DNA of 63,115 bases, counting the filler, from Olpidium bornovanus S191 (lineage: Eukaryota > Fungi > Olpidiomycota), in the NCBI GenBank assembly GCA_017911155.1. It is 31 parts of 31 records of this genome, joined end to end, with 100 filler letters (N's around TTAATTAATTAA, not from the genome) between each part and the next. Parts side by side here need not be neighbours in the genome. Positions count along the whole stretch, not along the records: positions 1 to 1,524 come from JAEFCI010010221.1; positions 1,625 to 3,103 come from JAEFCI010000129.1; positions 3,204 to 6,236 come from JAEFCI010005577.1; positions 6,337 to 8,169 come from JAEFCI010000993.1; positions 8,270 to 9,743 come from JAEFCI010012502.1; 26 more parts are not named here. One strand, written 5' to 3'. Numbering within the stretch: position 1 is the stretch's first letter; the number at the start of each line of letters is the position of its first letter. Positions 1 to 9,843 of this stretch are shown here, piece after piece. The position numbers and the translations under genes were made by a program. The notes under the pieces were generated by a model. It saw only the letters and a list, made by a program, of their open reading frames with translations, was not told where the DNA came from and made no database searches.

Positions 1-849
1 CATGACAAAGGAGTTATCCGCGGGAAATTTTACATCGTTGCACGAGTCAAAAAAACCAGCGCCAAAGGTCGGCGAAACCAGATGGTCAACCGAGTTCACG
101 ACGAGTTTCCCGGTGTCGCGCGCGACGGCCGTGGAGGTCACGTTCAGGAACGTCGACTGGTCTGGCGAGCAGGTGAATTCGCAGAAGAAGCGCAAGAAGT
201 TGTTCCAGCACGCAGAGCACGCGGCTGTTAGGACGTAGGCAACCCTTACGCTCTCCCGCAAGGAGTTCAGCTGTTCTTCGTCGCAGCAGACGTCCGTTTC
301 TGCGAAGTCCTGGCCGCAAACTTCGACAACAAGATCGCGGTGAGATCCAAGCGGCTATGAGTCGAGTAACAGCAGCATCAGGGAAAATAGGGTCGCAGGA
401 ATTTCAGATATCGTGTTACACGAGCATAGCGAACATATAAATCTGTCAAAGCTTAAACGCCCGGAAAAGCGGTGCAACCGTACCTGGGTAGCTCTCTGAC
501 TTGTTGGACACGGCAGAGATCGTGCCAGGAAGCTCGACGACAGCTTTCCACACTGACCGTACATTGCACAGTGATTTTTCTGATGCCGAGCCGGAGGCAG
601 CGTCTGCACGATGTCTTCATCGCCTACTTCAGTAGCACCTGATGACGGCGGATGTGGCAGCCCCGCGACGCGCGCCGGATAACGATCCAGGACGTAGTCT
701 AGCGGGTGGTCCGTCCAACCTGCACCTTCTATAACAGACTGCGTTGCCTCTGTCGTCCATGTTCTAAGGGGGCGCAGGAAGACACACGCCGTCGCCGAAA
801 ACAACAGCGCCAGGCGCGCGGACGCCGGGGCAAACCTTCCTTGCCGCAT
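1..849 (-). CDS. NPC1: Niemann-Pick C1 / Ncr1 sterol transporter, N-terminal domain (3'-truncated)
   Basis: Exon 849-484 has a hydrophobic signal-like N-terminus and HCAMYGQCG...LPCP. After a GT-AG intron (483-355), exon 354-1 reads LVVEVCGQDFAETDVCCDEEQLNSLRES...ACSACWNNFLRFFCEFTCSPDQSTFLNVT...FFDSCNDVKF, the NPC1 NTD cysteine pattern. Confidence 0.93.
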
Positions 850-1749
850 GACCCAGGAACCGGCCTTTTTCGTTTCTGGCAGGCGCAGACGCGCCCCGCG
901 GCCGTTTCCGTTGCGCGCGGGGCAGCTCGTCGCCCGAAGCTTTCCTGTCGGGGTATGCTCGTTCCTGGAGAAGAGACACCTGTACGTGTCGGGCCGCGGG
1001 GGGGCTGTGCGTCGCGAGACAGGCGGCGTCGGTAACGGCGGGCCGAGGCGACGCGGGGGTGCTGGTCCGACTTTTAAGAGAGAAACTTCACCGTCAATGT
1101 TGAACAGGTTTCGTGGAATGGAAATTTTGAACTGCTTTCTTTCATGCCTTTCTTAATGGGAGTTGCACACTGTGAAATCGACTACTGTGGATGGTGCGGA
1201 TCGTGAATGAGCAGGTTTTGCACGATTTTTTTTTTCGGATACGACGCTTGGAGGACTTGCATGGGCTAATGCCGCAGAGCTTTAAAATCAAACCGCAATC
1301 ACATAATTTGGAAGCCAATGCCGGGGGCATCAAAACCTTTCAAACTGCATATATCGCTACATGCAGTTGACGACATGCGCAAAATACTCTGGAAATTCGG
1401 TGTGCATGCTCTGCATCGTCTTTTGCTGCGTTTTTCCAACCGCCAGATGCCGGACCGCGATGTTGCAGTAACCATACAAAGAAGGATTTGTCGTATGAAA
1501 TATTCCGTGGACGGTGTGTTGGCANNNNNNNNNNNNNNNNNNNNNNNNNNNNNNNNNNNNNNNNNNNNTTAATTAATTAANNNNNNNNNNNNNNNNNNNN
1601 NNNNNNNNNNNNNNNNNNNNNNNNCCAGGAGACCCATTTTGGTCTGGATTTGGAGATTCTCACTAAATGTTTTGCCTGACCAAAAACAGCCTGTTTCCGA
1701 CTCGCCTAAACAATCGATGAAAATCTCGAAAACAGATATGACATGGGAG

Positions 1750-1832
1750 GCCGGCTTCCTTCCCTTTGGCGGCGGCAAACAAAGGAAAAGACGGAAGAAG
1801 AGAGCAGAAATCGCAACACGTTATCAGCACCA
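1750..1832 (+). mobile_element. 3' end of an LTR (...CAACA, 1814-1818) plus primer-binding site CGTTATCAGCACCA (1819-1832); same family as 62523-62703
   Basis: 23-nt exact match CGCAACACGTTATCAGCACCATT with 62683-62705. A shared upstream GACGGAAGA purine-rich block and a downstream GC-rich repetitive leader occur in both copies. Confidence 0.7.
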
Positions 1833-1989
1833 TTGCCGGCGCCTGCCCCTTTGCCCGGGCGCCCGTAGTTTTGCCCTCTCTCCCGTCGTTCGTCCGCCGT
1901 GCGCGCCTGCGTTCTGCCGTCACCGCCGCGCGCCGCCGGACGCCATCTTCGCGCCTTCACTTCCCTTCGCGCACACCCGACGTCTTCGC

Positions 1990-2240
1990 TTTGCTTCGCG
2001 TTGAGAAGCTCCTGCACGCCGCTTTTGGTTGCCGCGCGCCGTCCTCCGAAGCCGCCGAACTCGCCGCTCGCCGCAGCGCGCCTTCGTCGTTGCGCCTCCC
2101 CGCCGAACTCGCCCGTTTGCCGTCGCTTTTTCCGCCGGCCTCGCCGTCGCCATCGCGCCTCCCCGCCAAGCTCCCCCGCTTGCCGTCGCGCCTTCCCCAC
2201 AGAGCTCCCCTCGCCGTCGCCGTTTCATCTCCCCACCAAG
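1990..2240 (+). repeat. GC-rich modular repeat in the leader downstream of the PBS
   Basis: Recurring CTCCCCGCCGAACTCGCC / CTCCCCGCCAAGCTCCCC / TTCCCCACAGAGCTCCCC / CTCCCCACCAAGCC modules. Confidence 0.6.
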
Positions 2241-3203
2241 CCGGCTGTGAAACACCTGCGGGTTTTTTGCTGCCAGGCGCTCCGCTGCACACAAGCCTGG
2301 AAAACTGCGTGTCCAATGAGTTTTTTTTCCCACATTGCGTGCTGAAGGAAAATCTGATAATGCCGATTTTTTTGAATTTCGCGGCTCCTGAGTCACTCAC
2401 GATGAATTCTAATCCGCACACTGCGTTAACTGAGGTTGAGGCCTTCAAACTTTTACACCTCAATCGCCTAGCAATTGAGCTGTTGGATGGCTTTGCGAAC
2501 TCGGCCCAAATCACTCGATCACCAATCAATGAGGCAAGGAACGCGCCAGCCAGGGTTGCAGTGGAAACTATCAGGTCTGAGTAATCCTCCACGGCTTGCA
2601 GGGAAGCCTGCTCCCGTTGTGAGGAACCTCACTCCAACAAGCCCATTTTTGCCAGCCAGTGCTACAGGTTCTGACCAGACCGCCCAGAAGCCGGTCAGTG
2701 GTTTGGATCTACAACCCTGGAAGTGCTGTACCCGGGCTGAGATAACCACAGACAAAGCAGCGGCCGCGGCGGTGCAAGCCGCGGCCGCGGCGCAGCACCG
2801 GCAACCTCAGGAGAGGCGTCTCTGTCCACACCGCAGGTCATCCTCCCTGGCCTTGCCATGGAGCCGACACCCAGTGCGGACCATCCATATGCTCGTCCTT
2901 CTGTGGATTTAGGACTTCCACCTTCTGCCACGTGCGTCCTGAAAAGGGCTCTACAAGGACAAAGCCGACCCTCGCCCTGCACCCATGGTCGTAACAGAAT
3001 TGTGAACGCCAACGAGGTGGGTGGTGGGGGAAGGGGCTCAAGTCGAGCGACGGTCAAACGGAAAGTGTACAGTAAACGGGTCTCCCTTTTCGCCGTCAAC
3101 GTCNNNNNNNNNNNNNNNNNNNNNNNNNNNNNNNNNNNNNNNNNNNNTTAATTAATTAANNNNNNNNNNNNNNNNNNNNNNNNNNNNNNNNNNNNNNNNN
3201 NNN

Positions 3204-3996
3204 CATGCGCGGCGCACAATGCGCCTGGGTGGTTTCCACGTCCGGGCCGCAGACAACTCCAGGATTCGTCCGGAGATCGGGGACCCCGGGCAAATTGGGA
3301 GCCCGGAGAACAACACCCCGGGCGACGAGCGGTGTCGCGACATCGGTGTCGTCGTCGCGGAGGGCGACCCCTTCAACAGCGACCGGCGGCCAAACCGCGG
3401 CCGCCACGTCGAGGCTATTCCTGGCCATTTACACCCCGAAACGCGGAATTCTGGAAGTCTGGCGCGTGCGCCACGGCTGCCGCGTGGCTTCCCGAGCCGT
3501 TGGTCCCGGTTGCATTTTGACCAACGTCGTGGGTGGCCGTGTCGGAGCGGGGATGATTCTTGGTTCCGACGGAGGAGATTCGCAGGGAGACGGAGGCGCG
3601 AGAGGGGCTCCGGACGTCGGGTGCTTCCTCGTTGATCCTGCCGGGGAAGTCTGGGCCGTCGAGGTTGCCGCGAATCTAGCTGCGCCATCGCCCACAGCCG
3701 CACCGTCGAAACCTGCCGGTCGTCTCGGCGCGGTAAGGAAGACGCCCGCGGCTTTCCCGGCTGCTGCGGTATCGACGACCGCGGCGGGGGGGCCGACGAA
3801 GGAGGAGGTAGCGTGCGAGGTCGCCCGCGATACCTCGAAAGGGGACGACGCAGAGGAGGCGTGTGAGACCGCTCCATCAACCTCGAGAGAGGACAATACG
3901 GAAGCGGAGGCGGCAGGAGTCGCAGGAGTGGCAGTCGAGGCGGCTGGAGGCGAACGGGTTGGCGTTGGTCACAGCCGCAATGCCGCCGTTCTTTGA
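3204..3996 (+). CDS. RAB3GAP2: Rab3 GTPase-activating protein non-catalytic subunit N-terminal-domain protein, last exon (5'-truncated)
   Basis: (R)GAQCAWV...LFLAIYTPKRGILEVWRVRHGCRVASRAVGPGCIL matches the RAB3GAP2_N signature RDAQCGW...LFLVIYAPRRGILEVW...GPRV. Confidence 0.8.
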
Positions 3997-4409
3997 TTTG
4001 TGTTAGGAAGATTATTGCTCCGCATTATTAGTGGTTGGGTGCGTTGAATCCAGCAAGGACCCTGAAACGGGCGTCCGGGTTCGACCCTTGGCACTTCCAA
4101 AAACGCCACGAAAAAACCAGATTATTTCGAAGAGCACCGTCAGATATCGTCCCGTCGCGGTCCCACGGTGTTGAGCACCTCAAGCCACGTTTGGCGGTTG
4201 ACTGTGCACATTGTAGTGCACACTTGACAATCCGGCTGCTGCAGCGGCAGCTCCGTGACCAAAAATTTTAAGTTACTTTTAACGGGGGTTTGATCGAAAC
4301 CCTCCCCCGGAGTACCCACTAGAAGAACACGGGAGGAGATCTTAAAAGGCTTGGGGTCGATCTTTACCGGCTTTTTTTTTTATTCAATCAGCAATTCTCA
4401 TCCCCGCTC

Positions 4410-5760
4410 CGTTCGCACATGTCCATCATTGGAATAACTTCACTCTCAATCCGGAATATGGTGTTCATGCTCAACATACACGTGCACTTCTGGTATGACA
4501 CTCGTGATGACGTACGGTCCAAACCATCTTGGCGCAAGCTTGCGGTCGGTGCTGAACTCATTGCAGATGCAGTTGTTTCGGACTTGCACTCAATCCCTGC
4601 AGCTGATCGGTCGGTGCCGTAAATCTCACCCTTCATCTACTGTTTCCTTGGCCTTCTGGTTTTTCTGCCATTTGCCCCACTGCCGCATCCAGGCCCATTT
4701 GACGCTTCTTAACTCCCCAACTGGCGCATTCGCAACGCTAGGAGTTTGTCCGTCGTAACGCCTTCCTTCCACGCCAACGCCGCCCACAATTTCCTTTGTG
4801 CTCAATCGGGAAGACCGGCCGCGTTCCAGTGAGTAATTCCACCGGCGGCGGGTTTCCAATTTTTCACCTCCCTGCCCGCCTCGACGAATCGGCTTCTTGC
4901 TCATGGCACACTCGCCTCTCAGCCTTGGGCTCTCAAGGGCCTAGGGTCCTCTTCCCAATTCAGGCGAACCTTCGCCACAGCGACCTCCGTTGCATATGCC
5001 GGCGGGCCCCTCTTCCACAACGTATGCTTTAACTGATGCAAGCAACTTAATCTCGAATCTTCACATATGTTGCCCAGACCCCTTGATGCCCCGCTTCACG
5101 GCTGTCATGCAAATCCCGCATTGCACACAAGTTGTCTTCTTCAAAGCAATGGCCCGAAGCGGATACCCGTCAAGCCTTGCTTTTTCCCATAGCCACTTTT
5201 GTTCCAAGAAATATCCAAAAGTTTTTCGTCAAATATCCGGAGTTAATCCTAAAAACCCTTCGACCCTGTAGCTTGCCACTCGAGAATTTTCTCAATATTA
5301 AAGTAGTTGCCGTCATATAGCTCTTCTGGAAACCTTCGCAGAGTGGTCAAATTACTTCTGTTGTCAGCCATGGCTTTTGGAAAAGTAGTTGGTTGCAGAT
5401 TAACAGTATTTTGCTCGAGACATTATGTCAGCAACGTTGTTGTCCTTTCCTGGTACGTGGCAAAATTCTACGTCGTATGGTTTCACCACACTGAGCCGCC
5501 GCTGTATTGCAAGTCTGGCGTCGTCAACTTTTCAACCATCCCGAGAAGCGTTTTGCAGCCTGTCTTGACAAAAACTCGTCATCCTACAATTTAGACTTGT
5601 CTTCTGTCAGCGCCGTTTTCACCGCAAAAACATCTCTCGTAGTCTGCCCGTGTTCCCTTGGGCTGGCCCAAACGTTTTCGTTCCAAATCAAGCCGGATGT
5701 CATAATCCATCGTGCTCCGGGGCCAACACCCATCCCGCCGCGACCGGGCTCGTATCGGCA
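4410..5760 (-). mobile_element. Degenerate Ty3/gypsy pol (RNase H - integrase) with frameshifts and stops
   Basis: Minus-strand pieces in gypsy order: RNase H GQTTRDVFAVKTAL, CKTLLGMVEKLTTPD and EFCHVPGKDNNVADIMSRAKY; integrase zinc-finger region WEKARLDGYPLRAI...MRDLHDSREAGH / VWATYVKIRD; LLALRMRQL; and C-terminal VQVRN...FSTDRKLAPRWFGPYVI (GPY/F module). Confidence 0.85.
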
Positions 5761-5934
5761 GGCCGCGCATGGGCAAATCATTAAGCTTAGATGAATTTCA
5801 ACTCCCCGTTCTTCTTTGGAACTGTGAACCATCGATTTGCGTATAGTCTGGCACATGGCTCCAAAACACGCTCCTTCAGTCGACTTTACAGCAATGCCAA
5901 CAACTTGTCCGCTTCATTTTCAAATCTGTTCCCA

Positions 5935-6236
5935 CTCCGTGATGTTGCAACCGTTTATCTGCAGGCCCTGCCTTACCATGCCGTTTATCTGGAACAGCCA
6001 AACGAGACGGTAGACCAAGACTACCCGGATCACATCTGGCGCTTGCACAAAGCTCTTTACAGACGTTGCCAATCGGCACACGATTGGCATTACCAGCTGA
6101 TTCCGAGCCCTTTAGCATGGGTTTGCACCTGCAACTCACGAGCATTGCCTCTGGCAATCTGGTCGATGCAACGAACTTTCGCGAACTTGTCAGGGGCCTT
6201 TTGTTTATTGCTATGTGTTCTAGTCCGGACATCGTC
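5935..6236 (+). mobile_element. Ty1/copia reverse transcriptase remnant
   Basis: RDVATVYLQA...AVYLEQP...VDQDYPDHIWRLHKALY...QSAHDWHYQL corresponds to the copia RT motif DV.TAYLN...IYMEQP...V.RL.KALYGLKQSAR.W. Confidence 0.85.
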
Positions 6237-6437
6237 NNNNNNNNNNNNNNNNNNNNNNNNNNNNNNNNNNNNNNNNNNNNTTAATTAATTAANNNNNNNN
6301 NNNNNNNNNNNNNNNNNNNNNNNNNNNNNNNNNNNNCATGAACGACGGGCCCGAAGTGATGAGCCCGGACAGACGGTTGAGAATGAGCGTCGCCATTGGC
6401 CGCGGAGGTATGCCTGGCGCGGGGAAAGCCGTTTTTG

Positions 6438-6488
<51 letters not shown>

Positions 6489-8299
6489 AAAAAAAGAATG
6501 GAATGAGACTCGGGTTCCGCCCTTCGCCCCTCAGTAGAGCGCATTCAAGGGACCGCAGGGGCGCACGTGGATGCTTCGGGGGTTCGTCTGATGGGCGCCT
6601 ATGCAATATATGTTTGGGCGAGGTAGAATGCGTCAGGAACGGGTCTCTGGTTAGGACGGGGAACGGGCGTTCTGGGCAGGAAACCGGCGATGCCTCGGGG
6701 TGCAGCGCAGCCAACATAACAATTAAACTCGAACCATCCTACTTCTGCCCGCGCAGTAGATTGCTCGCGGCAGGTGACCGGGGAGGGGGGGGGTGAAGGG
6801 GAGGCAAAGGGTCGAGGAGGGGAGCGGGGGGGATGGAGACGGAGTTCTTAAAAATGCGACGGCGCGGGATCACGGCCAACACGTCTTCCATAATTTTTTT
6901 TTTGTTTTTTTTTGCCCGACCGCCGATTATTTCCCCGGTGGGAAAATCTCCGCGGCAGCCGCCATGGAGACGACGAAGCGGCGCGCGTGCGCTCTCGTCG
7001 CTTCCCGGGCGTGGGAACGTATCGCCGCAGCGCGCGGGCTGGCGGACACGTTTCCGTATGACGTCACCATTCATCCAGCCCCCGGAGCGCATTATATAGC
7101 CCCGTCCGTTCCTCTCTCTCTCGTTCTCTCTTTAACTTTTTTTTTTTTTTTTTTTTTTGTGCGAGACGAGATCCTCTCCTGGTAGCAGCAGCCCGTCAGC
7201 GGGACGGAAAAAAAAAAAAAAAAGTGTCCCTCCTCGCAAGACAAACCCGTGCGGGAATCGTCTTCACCCCGAGGCACAGCACACCGGCGCACACACCGGC
7301 GCTCCGCAAGGTTTGCCCGACCGGATCTGCTTGGCGACCAGGCAAAAAAAATACTTGGGGCGTAACGCTTTCGGCAAGGTCCCGGCGGCGCGGCCCTCCG
7401 CAGCCCGTCCATGGAACGGAATGTGTGAAGTCACGCTTTTCTGCCTCCCACCCCCCCACCCCGCCCTACGCTTTGCCGGCGAGCTTGAGAGGCTGGATTT
7501 TTTTTTTTTTTTCGAGGATGTAAAGTTCGGTTGGCCTGTTGTCCCTTCCTCGCGTGACGGAGACAATAGGACCAGACTTCGCGTGCGGATCCGAACCACA
7601 AAAGCGTGGTGGTGGCGCGCGGGGCGGTAACTGTGGGGGGACGGGAAACGGAGTGGGCGGCCCCGCTTTCCGCCACTTCGCTCCCCCTGTGAGAACCAAA
7701 ATCCCAGCGGGTTCGGGTAAATTTGCACGGCGTCCCGGAACGACCCCGATCCACAGAAACCAACAGGCAAAATCGTCGGATTTCAAAAAAAAAAAAAAAA
7801 TAAAATAAAAAATAAAAAATAAAAGTAAAAATAAAAATAAAAATAAAAAACCAGGGTTTATGTTTTTCTCGCGCAGGCGGCGGCGGGACTCCGCCGTCTG
7901 CCGGGTGACTCCCGCTCGGAGAGCGAGCGGCGCCTCTTCCGGCACGTTCTAGACCTGCTGACGTCCAATTTCCTTTTTTTTTTTTTTTTGTTCAAGAATT
8001 TCGATTCTCTTCCTCTCTGGTTCGGACCCCGCCTTCGCCCGTGGACACTGTGCCGCAGGAGAAAAAAAAATGATCGAGCGGCGAACCCTGACCCCGCTTT
8101 GTACTCGGGCAGCGAAATGGCCTGCGTTCGGCGCCCGGGAATCGCGATCCCGGAGGCAGCAGGCGCATGNNNNNNNNNNNNNNNNNNNNNNNNNNNNNNN
8201 NNNNNNNNNNNNNTTAATTAATTAANNNNNNNNNNNNNNNNNNNNNNNNNNNNNNNNNNNNNNNNNNNNCATGCATTTTCACGAGGATCGATTTGTGAC

Positions 8300-8527
8300 G
8301 GTGAGCCCACTCATCGTGACGAAGGTTTTTCGGAGTCCGGTGCTAATGGCTCATAATCTGGGTTATCCTGTGTACCCGTTTGCTAAAGTGGGGTCCGGAC
8401 ATTCGCGACAATTACCTTCTCAAAGGTTTCGCCGGTGAAGGCGATGTGACAGGTTGCTTTCTCAGCGCGAAGGGTCTCCATCTCGTGCTGGCGGACGAGG
8501 AGCAACAAATTCCAGTAATGGTTCTAA
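8300..8527 (-). CDS. Possible exons of an unidentified protein
   Basis: Open segment NHYWNLLLLVRQHEMETLRAEKATCHIAFTGETFEK bounded by AG and GTAATT; a possible next exon reads DNPDYEPLAPD. No family recognised. Confidence 0.3.
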
Positions 8528-9001
8528 TTCGGGCAAGTTCTGAGCGTTTCGCAGGGTGTCGAGCTGCTCGAAGCACGAGGACGGCCCCCGCGGTCACGAC
8601 GGGCTCTCTCGGCTCCGACGCGTCAAAAGGTTGTGACCTGACGGCGGACGCGCAGAGGGAAACGGCCGTTCAGTGTGGCGTGTGGTTTCGAAATGTTCCC
8701 GGCGGGGGAGAAAACGAAGCCGGGGGAGGCTCTTCGCGCAACTACGGGCGCGCGAAACCGTCGTATTCTGTCGGAGGGAGCCTTTTCTGCGGAGGTTGCG
8801 CTCGCGCGGACAGTATCTGGTGGGGCGAAACCGCGAAAAAGTTGGAAACGCCGAGTTCCCGCGCCTTGCATCGCAGACCACCGTCACCGGCGCTCGCTTG
8901 TTTGCCGCTCGTCCCACGCGACCTCGCCCGTCACAGCTCATCAGAACCGGTGCCTCGTTCAATCCCCCGCTTTTCGTGAACTAGTACAGCCCGCCAAAGC
9001 C

Positions 9002-9743
9002 ATGGAGTCTCAAACGGCACACAAGTCTGACGACATCGAGGACCTGAAGCCCTGCGTGCCGATGGTATCTGCCACGCCTCATTTGGTGGACCGCAATCCG
9101 GAAATTCCAGGATCTGCCCTCTGGCCCGTCCTTACATTGTTGAACATGCTCGTTTCGTGTCGCACAGTACAACGCCTGCACGATCCGCGGCCTGGAAGCC
9201 GGCGCTACGATGCTCTGGTGCCGATGCGGTTTGTCGAAGAAGCGGGACGGCCTGTGGTGTGACAACAGTTGCGACGGCACAGGGTTCACTCCGCTAAAAT
9301 GGATCGTGCCGCGGACAATCAACTTCACCGACGAAAGCTGCGGCGCTGGCCGTGGCGGCCGGTGGTCAATGTGCAACTGCAAATATACGAAGACACCGCC
9401 GATATGCGACGGGACGCGTGAGTTAACTCCTTTGCTTAAAGCTGTCTGGTAAACCGGCGCTATGTTTCTGCTCATAATAAGTCGCTATCATCGTGGCCAA
9501 ATAACCAGCCCGAGCCCGCTTTGTTTCATAGACACGACGCTTCCGCTTAAATATCTCAAGCAGAGAGAGGATTGCGCGGAGGATCACAAGCTCGTGGAGA
9601 AGCTGTGCGTGAAATGCGGCTACGTGCCGTGCCGGCCGCAGGAGGAGATTCGAAACCATTCAGACGAGAAGAATGAGTTACCAGGGACTGCCCCTACGAA
9701 GCCGCCCTCTTCCGGCGCAGCGGCAGCCGAAAACGCAAACATG
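9002..9743 (+). CDS. Two-CDGSH iron-sulfur domain protein (CISD3/MiNT-like)
   Basis: Exons 9002-9064, 9168-9417 and 9532 onward. Motif 1 is WCRCGLSKKRDGLWCDNSCDGTGFTPLKW; motif 2 is CNCKYTKTPPICDGTH (H split by the intron). The C-terminus has C..DH...LCVKCGY. Confidence 0.88.
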
Positions 9744-9843
9744 NNNNNNNNNNNNNNNNNNNNNNNNNNNNNNNNNNNNNNNNNNNNTTAATTAATTAAN
9801 NNNNNNNNNNNNNNNNNNNNNNNNNNNNNNNNNNNNNNNNNNN

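Noticed and set aside
1569-1580. TTAATTAATTAA repeated 30 times at fairly regular spacing
   Set aside because: Always centred in an N block; it is a synthetic six-frame-stop spacer, not biology.
2401-2584. Short ORF MNSNPHTALTEVEAFKLL after the PBS leader as a copia gag start
   Set aside because: Stops after about 60 codons, and the resemblance to gag is too weak to support.
1663-2592. Many long overlapping ORFs on both strands (also 36115-37281, 31088-31939, 27668-28432)
   Set aside because: Shadow frames caused by high GC and low complexity, or antisense to real genes.
4037-4099. tRNA-like stretch with a T-arm (CCGGG-TTCGACC-CTTGG), a CTGAAAC loop and a trailing CCA
   Set aside because: The anticodon stem, D-arm and acceptor stem do not pair properly and there is no clear A-box. 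At most a tRNA/SINE relic; tRNAscan-SE would settle it.
6281-6796. ORFs with poly-Lys/Phe/Pro/Gly tracts (also 19712-20159, 23689-23919, 61984-62458)
   Set aside because: Translations of homopolymer runs, not credible proteins.
6337-8169. Possible gene in contig 4 (likewise 18743-20186 and 27173-28376)
   Set aside because: Splice-like signals are present but no consistent exon chain or family motif could be supported.
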